This document shows positions 16,855 to 27,564 of a stretch of 61,465 nucleotides of DNA, piece by piece. The notes below the pieces were generated by a model. It was not told where the DNA came from. It worked only from the letters and a program-made list of their open reading frames with translations, and did not search any database. The stretch covers positions 1-61,465 of the forward strand of contig CASEAR010000099.1 of NCBI GenBank assembly GCA_949285835.1, written 5' to 3'. The DNA comes from an uncultured Verrucomicrobiota bacterium (GTDB lineage: Bacteria; Verrucomicrobiota; Kiritimatiellia; RFP12; UBA3636). The position numbers and the translations under genes were made by a program. Positions within the stretch are counted from its first letter, which is position 1; each line of letters begins with the position of its first letter.

Positions 16855-19278
16855 TCAGTCTCCCCTCCTGCAGACAACGTTCCCTGCCCATTGCCCCGAG
16901 ATCATCTCCGAGCTTACGTCCGGAAGAACAAGCCTGCATTTGATCCCCTCTGGGACACGCACCTCCGCGGCTACCGTGGCAGGGTCCACACGCCGCCACG
17001 ACACGGATACGCCGCCGCGCGGCGTCATGCACTGCCCGCCAAACGTATCGAAACAGCTGAACTGCGGCTGGAGCTGTGCTTCCAGATACCCGGGGGCTGT
17101 AGGCCTTAACCCCATTACCGCCTTCCGCACGAGAAACGGCATAGGCGCGCTCCACGCATGATTCAGCGAATCGTGATTCTCCGCATTCCACGCCTCCCAC
17201 GTCGTCGTGGCGCCGGCGCCGTACATCACGGCGTAATCACGGACAAACGCCCGTACCGCTGCGCCCACCATACCAGAAACCGCAGCGGCGTCCGCCAGAA
17301 AGAAGTAGCTGAACGGCGACCCCTGCGATATCCACGGATGCCGTTCTATATCCAGCAGCATACTCAAGGCCGTGCGGGCCTCTTCGCGGCGAAACACACC
17401 CGTGGTCACTGCAAGCGCATTTGCTATCTGCGAGTACCGGTACGTCTTCTTTCCCGCATTCACGGAATCCGCAATCAGCCCCGTGTCCTTCATCAGAAAC
17501 ACGCCGCGAATGACCTCCGCCAGCCGGTCCGCCTCTGCTGAACATCCGGAACCGCCGCCGCATGATTTCTCAAGAAAATCCAATGCCTTCAGCGCCTGGA
17601 GAAAGAACAGATTGAATCCGCTGTTTACGTCCTCGCGGTCGATGCCGGTCGTAGTCATTGGATGCCACCCGTTCCCCGGATGGTCAAGGAAAAGGATGCC
17701 TCCGCGCGTATTTCTGCCGCGTCCGGCAATTCTGCCGGTTTCAAGCAGTCCGTCGCTGTTGCGGTATCCGCGGAACTCATCCACTATTCCCCTCGCCGTT
17801 TCAACAGTTTCGTCCACGACGCTCCTGTCGCCCGTATAGGCGTAATATCTGGCGAGCAATTCCGGCGGCACCAGACAGTAGTCGTAAAGAGGGCCTCCCA
17901 GACCGTACAGACTGCCGTTTAGCATGCCCAGGGCCTTCTTTTCGCTCACGGAAGCAAGGCACAGTTCGCGCATATGCCGGAAGTCCCCTGTCATGTGCCC
18001 GACACTGTCCGCGATCCATATCGAGTCGCCCCAGTAAACGCCCTGCTCGCGCGTGTTGCAGTCGTGCAAGTCCGCCTGCGTGTTCAGCATAATACTGCGC
18101 CTGCAAATCCGGTAAAGCGTCTCCGCACGCCTGTCCTCGCACGAAAAACCGTCGCGATAGTCCAGCCCGGCACGGCATCTATTGACGGTAACCCGGACAA
18201 TTTCAAATCTGCCGGCAGCGTCTTTTTCCGACACATATATGTAGCGCTGACCGTTGAAATGATAGTTCCTTATCAAGTTCCGCCCCTTGGCAAGCCGGTA
18301 TCGGACAAGATAAATTCCGCCGTTTCTCCATATCACTGGATGCCCGTCCGCACGGAGATTTTCCGCCAGCGCGACGTCCACGGTGCATGGCGCTTCGCAC
18401 CGTATTTCCACCGTCACATCTCCGGCACACATACGGCGCATGTCGTAGACAAAACCGTATCCTTTTTCTCCTTCACGCCTGTCCACGCACACAAAACCGT
18501 ATTTCAGCGCTTCGTAAACTCCGTCGTCCGTCTCCCGGAAGAGTTTCTCGTGGTCCAGCCGCACGGCAGAATCCTGCAGCGAATATATTTCCGTATTTGT
18601 CCTGAACACCCCTGACGGCAGCGGCGCATCCTCTCTGCGCCAGACAAGACCGGCGACCCCGCGCTCCCGCAGGGTCATATCCGGACAATCGAACACGCGC
18701 GGCTCCGTCCACAAGCCCTGATCAATGCCTTTCTCGCCGGCCCCCTCCGTCTCCAGCCCGTAATCGCATGACGCATACCTGGCCAGCAAACCGAACGCCG
18801 GATGAGAGACGGAAATCTCCTCCACAAACTCTATTGCCCAGTTCTTTCTTGGAGTGCCGGCGCTCCAGCATTCCAGGTCCGCGACCTTCCAGTCAGGCCC
18901 GGTGGTCAGCGAAAAAGTCTTCCCTCCGCATTCGGCCCGGACATCCGCAAGAATTCCCGGTTCCGCAGCAGTATTGTATTTCAGGGTCACGCCCGCATGG
19001 TATGCGATTACGAAAACCTCATTGCGGCCGGATCTCATGCATCCGGAAATATCGTGAAAGTCATACCTTACCTCAGGTCTGCGAAACTGCGCCGGCCCGG
19101 AATTAACAAATTCGCCGTTTACATAAAGCTTGTACTTTACGTCCGCAAAAATTCGAATGCAGACTCTCTCCGGCATCGCCGGCAGATTCACCGCACCGAG
19201 CGCCGCAACGTACTGATTTTCCCGACACCACGGACACCATATAAACATAGCATCCGACCGATATTCGCCAAAGTCCAT
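16855..19278 (-). CDS. alpha-L-rhamnosidase-like glycoside hydrolase (GH78-like), cytoplasmic
   Basis: 807 aa. The N-terminal ...RIFADVKYKLYVNGEFVNSGP... resembles the bac_rhamnosid_N pattern. The C-terminal TTWEAWN...SLNHAWSAPMPFLVRKAVMGLRPTAPGY resembles the six-hairpin domain end of GH78. No signal peptide. Confidence 0.65.
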   Translation of the reverse strand: MDFGEYRSDAMFIWCPWCRENQYVAALGAVNLPAMPERVCIRIFADVKYKLYVNGEFVNSGPAQFRRPEVRYDFHDISGCMRSGRNEVFVIAYHAGVTLKYNTAAEPGILADVRAECGGKTFSLTTGPDWKVADLECWSAGTPRKNWAIEFVEEISVSHPAFGLLARYASCDYGLETEGAGEKGIDQGLWTEPRVFDCPDMTLRERGVAGLVWRREDAPLPSGVFRTNTEIYSLQDSAVRLDHEKLFRETDDGVYEALKYGFVCVDRREGEKGYGFVYDMRRMCAGDVTVEIRCEAPCTVDVALAENLRADGHPVIWRNGGIYLVRYRLAKGRNLIRNYHFNGQRYIYVSEKDAAGRFEIVRVTVNRCRAGLDYRDGFSCEDRRAETLYRICRRSIMLNTQADLHDCNTREQGVYWGDSIWIADSVGHMTGDFRHMRELCLASVSEKKALGMLNGSLYGLGGPLYDYCLVPPELLARYYAYTGDRSVVDETVETARGIVDEFRGYRNSDGLLETGRIAGRGRNTRGGILFLDHPGNGWHPMTTTGIDREDVNSGFNLFFLQALKALDFLEKSCGGGSGCSAEADRLAEVIRGVFLMKDTGLIADSVNAGKKTYRYSQIANALAVTTGVFRREEARTALSMLLDIERHPWISQGSPFSYFFLADAAAVSGMVGAAVRAFVRDYAVMYGAGATTTWEAWNAENHDSLNHAWSAPMPFLVRKAVMGLRPTAPGYLEAQLQPQFSCFDTFGGQCMTPRGGVSVSWRRVDPATVAAEVRVPEGIKCRLVLPDVSSEMISGQWAGNVVCRRGD

Positions 19279-20012
19279 CTAACAACCCGCCCAAACCTCA
19301 CAATAATACGCACACAGCCAAGGCCGCGTACCATACGAGGATACCCGCAGTTTGTCATACGGCCACATCCGCTGTCAAGAAAAAATGAGACAGCATTGTG
19401 TCACGCGTCGTGTCATAAAGCGGACACCAGACGAAAAAAAAAGCTCTATCACCTTGTCAGATGATGCGTCAAATCCTTGACACTGTACAATGGAGACATG
19501 AGAAACATAGGCAGAAAGACTGCGGCCGAGTACAGTGCCGCACGTTATGACGATACTGAAATCGCGCTCTGCAAAGAAATGACTGTTGGATGAGTTTTGC
19601 GGAGTGACAGGCTGCGAACGCAAGTGTGCCAATAAACTTCTTCAAGAAATTCTGCGATTCCACGAACCTCCCGGGCGTGGACAGACATGCAATAACAAAA
19701 CGCTCGAACTCATCGAGAAAGTGCGGAGTGATCCCGGATGCATCTGTCTGCAGAACATGGCTGCGCAGATGGAAAACATTTGGCAGAATTCAAAAGGGAG
19801 GGGCTGTCGTGTTCCGCAAAAAGGAAAAGGCATGACTTTCAAAATCGGCGCCAGCACAATCAGCCGTAATTACAAAAAATACGTGAAAAGCCCGGCGCGC
19901 TGTACCATAAAGACGAACGGCGCACATTTATGCACGCCGTCCGCAATTTATCCGGCCGCGGACACAACACAGGCTGCGCCGTCAACCGCATCCAGTCTCT
20001 GCACAAAAAATA

Positions 20013-22049
20013 TTATGCTTCCTCCTCCGTGTGGTTCTTGTACGGAGACTCCGCAATAACCTTCTGCGCGACATTGGACGGCACCGTGTCGTATCTGGAA
20101 AACGACATGCTGAAAGAGGCCTGCCCGCCTGTCATTGAACGCAGCTCTGCGGAGTACCTGAACAATTCGGACTGCGGTACTTCCGCCTCTATGACCTGCA
20201 TATCATCCTCCGTCTCGTAACCGAGAATCCTCCCGCGCTTGTGCGTCAAATCGCCGGTAACCGCTCCCATGAACTGATCCGGAGTTGAAATCCTTACATT
20301 CATAACAGGCTCCAGAAGGATCGGCTTAGCCTTCGTGAGACCATCCCTGAGCGCCTGAGATCCCGCAATCTTGAAGGCAATTTCCGAGGAATCGACATCG
20401 TGGAACGACCCGTCGTAAACGCGTACCTTTATGCCAACGACCGGATAGCCGGCCACTGCGCCGTGTTCCATCCGTTCCAGCACGCCCTTCTCAATCGCCG
20501 GAATGAAATTGCCGGGGATGGAGCCGCCCACCGTCTCGTTGGTGTACCACGCATCGTCCCCCTCCCGTAAGGGTTCAACCTTAAGATACACTTCGCCGTA
20601 CTGGCCGCGCCCGCCCGACTGTTTCTTGTGCTTGTGATGTCCTTCGCCCACTGCCGTCACAGTCTCACGGTACGCCACGCGCGGAGTACTGAGCTTGACG
20701 TTAACGTTGCTCATCTGCTTCAGCAGATGGACCGCCGCGTCAAGATGCACGTCTCCCAGACCCTTCAGTATCGTCTCGTGGGTCTCCACATTGCGCTCAA
20801 GCTGCAGCGTCTGATCCTGCTCGAGAAGCCTCTGCAGAGCGGGCCCCAGTTTGTCGTCGTCCGCCTGCGAAGCCGCCGTCACCGCTGCAAACTGCACCGG
20901 ACTCGGGAACTGCACCGGGCGCGCCACAAGCTTGCACCCGACGGAGCAGAGAGTATCGCTGACCTTTGTCGCCTTCAGTTTGGGTATCGCCACAATATCG
21001 CCGGTGGTTATGCAATCGACAGGCGTATATTTCTTGCCGCATGGGACAAGCAGCTGAGTAACCCTCTCACGACCCGACGACGGATTGTCAACGTCTGTAT
21101 CCGGCTTGAGCGACCCTGAAAGCACACGTATATAGTTCATCTGTCCGACAAAACTGTCGGACACGGTCTTCCAGACAAGACCAAAGAACGGTCTGTCCAC
21201 AGCCGTATCTATCTCATTGCCGTCCGCATCGGTACGTATCCTCTCAAACGGATTGGCCATGTATCCGACAATCGCCTCGAGAAACTCGTCGATACCGACG
21301 CCTGAAAGCGAAAAGACCGGTATCACCGGAACAAACAGCCCCGTCACCGACGCCTTTTCCAAGCCTTTAAGAGTGTCTTCCTGCGACAGCTTCTCCTCCA
21401 AAAGGAATTTTTCCGTCAGCTCGTCGTCGCTCTCGGCGGCCCTTTCCGTCAGCTGTCCCCTGGCCTCTTCCGCCGCGGCCGCGTACTCCGGCGGGATATC
21501 GCCGGAAAACACGCTGACCAGTCCGGTCCTGCCAGCGTTCGGAAATGCGATAGGGATGCATCCTATTCCAAATGCCAAACGGATTGCCGACACCGTTTTC
21601 AGGTAGTCCGTATTGTCCTTGTCAAGCCCCGTCACCACAATGCACCGCGAGACAAGTCCGGTCTGCTTGAAGCATTTCCACGCCCTGCGGGTACCCACCT
21701 GTATCCCACCGGCAGCGTCAACTGTCAGAATTCCTGCATCCGCCGCACGGCATGAAGAGCGCAGCTGTCCGTAGAAGTCCATGTATCCCGGCGCATCCGT
21801 GAAAAAGAGGCTGTATACATCCCCTCCGGCCGACTTGTACTTAGCATTGAATGTGGTCGAAAACAGAGATATCTTCCGGGCTTTCTCCTCTTCCGTGAAA
21901 TCGGATACGCTTGTTCCATTCGCCGAAGACCCCAGCCTGTCGTTCAGTCCAAGCTTAAATGCCAAAGCATCAGTCAACGCCGTCTTCCCGGATCCGCTGT
22001 GACCGGCCAACACAAAGTTTCTAACATTTTCTACAGGTATGTCGTACAT
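20013..22049 (-). CDS. EF-G-like translational GTPase paralogue
   Basis: Start trimmed to MYDIPVENVRNFVLAGHSGSGKTALTDAL (GGAAAGAGG Shine-Dalgarno upstream). The five-domain EF-G length (678 aa) is kept. The G1 motif is GHSGSGKT instead of the canonical AHIDAGKT. Confidence 0.8.
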   Translation of the reverse strand: MYDIPVENVRNFVLAGHSGSGKTALTDALAFKLGLNDRLGSSANGTSVSDFTEEEKARKISLFSTTFNAKYKSAGGDVYSLFFTDAPGYMDFYGQLRSSCRAADAGILTVDAAGGIQVGTRRAWKCFKQTGLVSRCIVVTGLDKDNTDYLKTVSAIRLAFGIGCIPIAFPNAGRTGLVSVFSGDIPPEYAAAAEEARGQLTERAAESDDELTEKFLLEEKLSQEDTLKGLEKASVTGLFVPVIPVFSLSGVGIDEFLEAIVGYMANPFERIRTDADGNEIDTAVDRPFFGLVWKTVSDSFVGQMNYIRVLSGSLKPDTDVDNPSSGRERVTQLLVPCGKKYTPVDCITTGDIVAIPKLKATKVSDTLCSVGCKLVARPVQFPSPVQFAAVTAASQADDDKLGPALQRLLEQDQTLQLERNVETHETILKGLGDVHLDAAVHLLKQMSNVNVKLSTPRVAYRETVTAVGEGHHKHKKQSGGRGQYGEVYLKVEPLREGDDAWYTNETVGGSIPGNFIPAIEKGVLERMEHGAVAGYPVVGIKVRVYDGSFHDVDSSEIAFKIAGSQALRDGLTKAKPILLEPVMNVRISTPDQFMGAVTGDLTHKRGRILGYETEDDMQVIEAEVPQSELFRYSAELRSMTGGQASFSMSFSRYDTVPSNVAQKVIAESPYKNHTEEEA

Positions 22050-22499
22050 ATTGCCTCTTTCCTGACTTTTTCGCATCCGCCATCCCGGCGGCGGAAACAA
22101 ATTAACCACCCACTGGAACGGCTTTCGCCCATTCAACTGTAGCGAGTATGCACAAAAATCAAGCAAAATACAAGCACATAAACGCAAATGCAGATTGCAA
22201 GTTAAGTGGAACCGTTCTAATGACGTCACGCGGCATGCCCGTGCCGCAGTCGTTCCGTTTAGCGAAATGTTCCTGCGGACAGAGTTGGCAAAGGCCCGAA
22301 ACCGGCGGATGGCGACGGCCCAAATGCTCCTTTTTTTGCCCTGCGTTCTTACTAACCGGCGTGTGTTCCTTTACAAGCCCAGATTTTCCGACAAACTCTT
22401 GATTTTTCTGCTGAAGTAAACTAAAATCGGGAACCGTTGGTTGTAGGTTTGTGAGACACGCGGCGAACGCCGGCGCTTGTTATTTAGCGGAGGTCGCTT

Positions 22500-25394
22500 A
22501 TGGGTAGAAAGTTTCTCCTTGTTTTTCTTTGTGCGGTGTGGTGTTTCAGCTTTTCTGCGGCTGATGTTTTTGTCCGAGAATCTTTCCCTGTTGGGAACGG
22601 CGGATATTCCGCGTCTTCGCTGTTCAACCAGCGACCTGCGGAATCAGGCGACTCCTTCGGATTTTCTTCCCAATGGTACGAAAGCACAGGCGTCTACCAG
22701 ATCAGTGCGGACGGCCTGCAGTATCCGGTCTCTTCCCAACTTACAGCCTCCGGAGGCAGCGTATACGTCAACAACGGCGGATCATCTGACGCAACAGGCA
22801 GAAACAACATGCGGCTCATAGATACCGACATGTTTCCGCAGTCGGGCAGACTCTACTTCAGCTGTCTGTTCAAATACGACGGAGAAAAGGCTGTCCAGAG
22901 CCTGAAGCCTGGACAAGGCTACGGCATTGGACTTTCGCCCGTCAAATATCCGGGAAATTCCTCCACTGACAGCTTATGCTCCCAGATAAACACCAGCGGG
23001 CTGTTTTTCGCACTGTATAAATCCGAGAGCGGGAATGTCGATTTAGTGCTGCGGGTGAATGGACAGAATTACCCGCTCATCGAGAATCCTGCGGCGGGAA
23101 CCACATTTTTCTGCATAGCGAGGATCGATCTGAATTGCGTCGAAGACGGCATGGAGATTGTGAGAGGCTCCGCCGTCCCGGCGGAGGAATGGAGCGGCGA
23201 AGAAACATATGAAACGTGTATCGTCGCCGATTTAATTTCGGTAAACTCCAATTTTTTGAAATACTTATGCCTCTCCGGCGCGTATGCGACCGGGAATTCC
23301 CCTGTGTACTGGGATGAGGTGCTTGTCACCGACACCTACGAAGAAGCTGCCGGCGGAGTCGGAAATCCCGGGCCGCAGGTGTATATGCGCGAACCGGTCG
23401 ACCCCGTATACCACAGCGCAACTCTTATCGCAGACATCTACGACATGGGACAGACGGGAAACTTCGACTTGTATTTGTCATATGCGGCGGAAGACTCCGC
23501 TCCCTCCCGCGTGTTCGTCGGCTACATCGGCGGCACGGGCACTGTATCCCACACGGTCTCAAACCTTGACCATACAAAAGTTTACACGTTCGAATTTGAA
23601 GCGGACGTCGCCGGAGAAACTTATCAGTCAGTAAATACAAGAAGTTTCCAGACGTCCATGAGCCCAGTATTTGAGGATTTTTCATGCGTCGGTTCAATAT
23701 CCTCAGGCGTGCAGATGAACGCTTTTCTCAAGAGCGCCGGAGCTTCTTCCACCACGGTAGAGGCCTGTTTCGGAGACAGCCTCGAGAATATGAAGCCTGT
23801 AAAGACTTGGGAAAATGCCGAATCCGGAGAATACGCCGCGCTCATTCCGGCGGAAGATCTCGCTTTCGGGGTTACTTACTACGCAAAATTCAGAGCCTTT
23901 TGCTCGCTCGACGGCCAAACATATGAAAACACAACTGAAACAGTGCAGATCGTACCTGACCAGATCTTCGACTGGACGGGTGCCGGACAGAGCACAGACT
24001 GGCATGATTCCGGGAACTGGAACCTGTTGTACGTGCCGGATTACGAACTTGCAAATGTGCTGCTGACAGGGTCGAATACAGTTATCACTTCCGCTTCTGC
24101 CGTTACCCTGCAGTCCATGGGAATAGAAGGAGCAAGCAGCGGCGGCATGCCGGCGGAACTCAGCTTTCAGGGCACGCTTAACATTATTGAGAACTTGACG
24201 CTGGGAACGAACACGACGACAACGGCAAACTTTAACGGAGGCACTTATTCGGTCGGCGGAACTGTGGAAATCGGCACATATGCCAAGAACAGCGTAATTT
24301 CCATGTCGGACGCATCCGTTACTGCGGAACAGATGCTTGTCGGAACAAAAAAATCCGGGTCTTCCAACAAATTTGAAATGTCCGGGAATTCAGTACTAAA
24401 CCTGTCAGCGCTCAAAATCGGCGGAGGCTCCTCGGCCAACGTTGTCACCCTGAAGCCGGGATCCGTGCTGAATATTACGGGGGACGGTGTGTCCGGAATA
24501 AGCACGACCGACGCCGGAAACGGACTTATAATTGACGGAGCAACGGTAAATAACGATGGATTGCTGGAAAATGCAATCCGATCTTCCAACAATACCGCCA
24601 CCTCTTCGTTCGTGGAAATGAGGAACGGTGCGATACTGAATCAGAACGGTGAAATGCGGGTATCGTCGTGGTATAACGGAAAAGTGTACGTACTGGACGG
24701 GTCGCAGCTCCGCGCGCAGCGCATAACAGTCGGAACAGCGTCGGATTCAGGTGCAAACAGCGCTTTAATTGTCAGCAACTCATTGCTCACAGCATCTTCA
24801 ATCGCAATTCCCGGAGATGACAGGCACAGAAACGCGTCCCTGATCGTTTACGAGGATGAAGGCAGTGAAACCAGCGTAGAGATCGAGGGCAATTTTACAT
24901 TGGCGGTTTACGACTCAAGAAGAACCGGGAATCAGCTGAACAGCTCGAACCTCCTGTCCGTTAACGGCGGAACCGTAACCATCGGCGGCGACCTGTTCGT
25001 CGGAGGAAAAAACGTCGAAGCTCACTCCAACAACACCGTGCGTGTTTCCGGTAAAAGCTCGCGCATAAACGTCGAAAACCTTACGGCAGTCCAGAAAAGC
25101 AGGTTCGTTTTCGACGTGCCGGCCGGAGGATTCTCAGCTGTACCAGTCTCAGTGAACGGCACTGCATCTTTGGCAGAAGATTCGGTACTTGAAATAAATG
25201 CTTCTGAATTCGTCAAAGCCGGCGGCGGAACCACGGTTCTCATTTCCGCTGGAGTTCTTGCCGACGATTCTTTCAGCCCGCAGAACATATCCGTTGATAC
25301 GGGAGAACTTCGCTTTGCAGCGGAAGTCCTGCAGGAAAACGGCAAGGTGACATTCAAGGCTTCTCCGCTGAACACCGTGCTTATAGTCAGGTAA
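22500..25394 (+). CDS. large secreted repeat protein (possible LamG-like N-domain, Ig/Fn3-like middle, beta-strand repeat C-half)
   Basis: 964 aa. Signal peptide MGRKFLLVFLCAVWCFSFSAADV, GGAGG Shine-Dalgarno. The C-terminal half has Gly/Asn/Thr/Ser-rich strand repeats. The protein ends ...PLNTVLIVR. Confidence 0.7.
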   Translation: MGRKFLLVFLCAVWCFSFSAADVFVRESFPVGNGGYSASSLFNQRPAESGDSFGFSSQWYESTGVYQISADGLQYPVSSQLTASGGSVYVNNGGSSDATGRNNMRLIDTDMFPQSGRLYFSCLFKYDGEKAVQSLKPGQGYGIGLSPVKYPGNSSTDSLCSQINTSGLFFALYKSESGNVDLVLRVNGQNYPLIENPAAGTTFFCIARIDLNCVEDGMEIVRGSAVPAEEWSGEETYETCIVADLISVNSNFLKYLCLSGAYATGNSPVYWDEVLVTDTYEEAAGGVGNPGPQVYMREPVDPVYHSATLIADIYDMGQTGNFDLYLSYAAEDSAPSRVFVGYIGGTGTVSHTVSNLDHTKVYTFEFEADVAGETYQSVNTRSFQTSMSPVFEDFSCVGSISSGVQMNAFLKSAGASSTTVEACFGDSLENMKPVKTWENAESGEYAALIPAEDLAFGVTYYAKFRAFCSLDGQTYENTTETVQIVPDQIFDWTGAGQSTDWHDSGNWNLLYVPDYELANVLLTGSNTVITSASAVTLQSMGIEGASSGGMPAELSFQGTLNIIENLTLGTNTTTTANFNGGTYSVGGTVEIGTYAKNSVISMSDASVTAEQMLVGTKKSGSSNKFEMSGNSVLNLSALKIGGGSSANVVTLKPGSVLNITGDGVSGISTTDAGNGLIIDGATVNNDGLLENAIRSSNNTATSSFVEMRNGAILNQNGEMRVSSWYNGKVYVLDGSQLRAQRITVGTASDSGANSALIVSNSLLTASSIAIPGDDRHRNASLIVYEDEGSETSVEIEGNFTLAVYDSRRTGNQLNSSNLLSVNGGTVTIGGDLFVGGKNVEAHSNNTVRVSGKSSRINVENLTAVQKSRFVFDVPAGGFSAVPVSVNGTASLAEDSVLEINASEFVKAGGGTTVLISAGVLADDSFSPQNISVDTGELRFAAEVLQENGKVTFKASPLNTVLIVR

Positions 25395-25412
25395 GCCTGA
25401 TTATGTTCGAAC

Positions 25413-25446
25413 GGCCGGACGGCAAATCCGTCCGGCCTCCGTTTTT
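25413..25446 (+). terminator. rho-independent terminator after the 964-aa gene
   Basis: GGCCGGACGG-CAAAT-CCGTCCGGCC, followed by TCCGTTTTT. Confidence 0.75.
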
Positions 25447-25671
25447 ATGAACTCGGTGTTTGATGTTTGTTCCTTTTGAATGTAAAATGCCGTGCTGTGC
25501 TGCAGATGCGGGGCTTTTCTGATCGGGGCGACGGCGTCCGCGTGAAAACAGCTATCCGGCCATTTCATCCGGGCGTTCTTCCCTCCCACCGTCTGCCGCG
25601 CCAGTCCGGCCCACGGCAAAAACCTGCCGGGGGAACGATGTGTCCGTTGGATTTGTTTGCTGAAATAAAAA

Positions 25672-27453
25672 ATGGAGGACAAATTGAAAAATAAACTTTT
25701 TGCAGGAGCGCTTGCAGCTGTCGCCATATGCTGCGCAGGTGAAGCAATATGCGCCGGATTTGAGCGCAGCGCCGCCGATTTTGTAAAAGACATGAAGATT
25801 GGCGTAAACATTGGAAACACACTCGACGTTCCAAACGGCGATGAAGTTTCCTGGGGGAATCCCAAAATCACACGCGAATTGATAAAAGCCTACAAAGAAA
25901 AGGGCTTTGACACGATCCGTATTCCGATTTCATGGCGCAAACAATTCGACAGGGACGACCCTGAGCACAAAATACGTCCGGAATTTCTCTCCCGCGTGAA
26001 GGAAGTCGTTGATATGTGCATGGAAGAAGACCTCATCACCATAATCAACATACATCACGACGGAGGGGACGACGGATGGCCAGGCGCCTGGCTGACAATC
26101 GACGGCGAACACGTGGACAGAGCAAATGAAATCCTGTCGCATCTGTGGACGCAGATAGCGCTTGTATTCCGCGACTACGATGAAAAATTGATCTTCGAAG
26201 GATTCAACGAAGTCCGCAAAGCAAAGGCTTATGAAGGCCCCAACGGGGGACAGAAAGGGCGCGAAGACTGGACCGGCAATGAATATTACTGCGGCATTGT
26301 CAACCGTTACGCTAAAACCTTCTACGACTCCGTGCGGGCCACCGGAGGAAATAACGCAAAGCGCTACCTCATGATACCGACATATGCGGCAGCCTTTCAG
26401 GAGACTACGTGCAAGTATTTCCAGTCGCCGAATCCGGATGACAACCGGATCATTGTGGACATCCATTGCTATGAGCCGGGAGACTTCTGCATATGGGGCA
26501 ACCGCAAAAAATACGACGCCGGTCACGTGCAGAAACGCCTCGGAGAATTTTTTCCGATATTCAAACGTTACTTCACAGACAAAGGAATCCCGGTTGTTCT
26601 TGGAGAAATCAACGCCGATCTGAGATTTTACGATGCAGAGCGTTATTTCCCCAATGACGACGCACGCATCCGCTGGGCTCGGCACTACGTGAGCGAGGCC
26701 GCAAAATACGGTTTCCCATGCATTGTGTGGGAAACGGGGGATTCCGGAAGAATGGGACTGATAGACCGTAAAACATACAAATGGACACACGGAGAACTCG
26801 CAGATACATTTGTCAAAACGGCGCACGGGCAGATGACCGACGAGCTGGAGGCTCAATATGTGGCCGCAGTGACCGTTTCCCCGGAAAAAGTGTATGTAAA
26901 GACCGATACTCTCCTGAAATGGGACCTTAACGGCGACGCATACCGCTCATGCTGGGGGCAAACCATGGGATATGGCAATCTCAACGGAAACGGGGTGAAT
27001 ATGCGATTCTTCTCGTCAGACAAAGACGGATCGCTTAAGGTTTCGTCCGGCGGAAAAGGCGGCAACATGATTCACCAGCAATTCTGGTCGGATCAGAGCG
27101 CCGAGTCTGTGCGCACATTCAAATCATACGTCAAAACGCATGATGACCTGGCCACTGGCGGACGCAAACTCGTATTCACCGTCACGGCACATAACGGCAC
27201 GGCCGTGATAGTAAAGGGGTCGTTCATGGTGCCGGGATTGAAAAAAATTGACTTCGGAGCCGACGCCGGCAAAGACGGGTGCATCATCGCAACAAAGGAA
27301 CGGCCCGTTGTTGAAGTCGCAATACCTCTCCCGGACGGCAGTCTTGACGCCGGATCAAAGAAGGGCGTAAGCGCAGAGCTCCAGTTTATTCCCGGAGCCT
27401 GGGGTGCAAATCTTCCGCTTGATTTTACACTCAGCAAAATCGAAATCAAATAA
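25672..27453 (+). CDS. GH5 glycoside hydrolase (cellulase/mannanase type) with a C-terminal accessory domain
   Basis: 593 aa with a signal peptide. GVNIGNTLD, IRIPISW, HHD, FEGFNEV (acid/base NE), HCYEP and VVLGEINA (nucleophile E) follow the GH5 motif order. A TTG start at 25681, just after a GGAGG, is possible. Confidence 0.8.
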   Translation: MEDKLKNKLFAGALAAVAICCAGEAICAGFERSAADFVKDMKIGVNIGNTLDVPNGDEVSWGNPKITRELIKAYKEKGFDTIRIPISWRKQFDRDDPEHKIRPEFLSRVKEVVDMCMEEDLITIINIHHDGGDDGWPGAWLTIDGEHVDRANEILSHLWTQIALVFRDYDEKLIFEGFNEVRKAKAYEGPNGGQKGREDWTGNEYYCGIVNRYAKTFYDSVRATGGNNAKRYLMIPTYAAAFQETTCKYFQSPNPDDNRIIVDIHCYEPGDFCIWGNRKKYDAGHVQKRLGEFFPIFKRYFTDKGIPVVLGEINADLRFYDAERYFPNDDARIRWARHYVSEAAKYGFPCIVWETGDSGRMGLIDRKTYKWTHGELADTFVKTAHGQMTDELEAQYVAAVTVSPEKVYVKTDTLLKWDLNGDAYRSCWGQTMGYGNLNGNGVNMRFFSSDKDGSLKVSSGGKGGNMIHQQFWSDQSAESVRTFKSYVKTHDDLATGGRKLVFTVTAHNGTAVIVKGSFMVPGLKKIDFGADAGKDGCIIATKERPVVEVAIPLPDGSLDAGSKKGVSAELQFIPGAWGANLPLDFTLSKIEIK

Positions 27454-27472
27454 GCGTTTCTCCAAAACATCT

Positions 27473-27504
27473 GCCCCGTTCATGCCTGCCCGCATGAACG
27501 GGGC
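27473..27504. other. 12-bp perfect hairpin downstream of the GH5 gene (GCCCCGTTCATG / CATGAACGGGGC)
   Basis: Inverted repeat read from the sequence. No T-run follows, so it may be a weak terminator or a processing site. Confidence 0.4.
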
Positions 27505-27564
27505 AAACATTGAACCGAACCATGCAAGCGGATTTCAACGTACAGTCAGAAAGGCAGTAATTCT

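Noticed and set aside
16352-17200. 282-aa minus-strand ORF spanning the junction of two large genes.
   Set aside because: It is an alternative frame of 14011-16842 and 16855-19278, Arg/Gly/Cys-rich, with no support.
19586-20059. 157-aa plus-strand ORF in the gap upstream of the rhamnosidase-like gene.
   Set aside because: It is Cys/Thr/Pro-rich with an odd composition, overlaps the 3' end of the EF-G-like gene on the opposite strand, and has no Shine-Dalgarno or motif.
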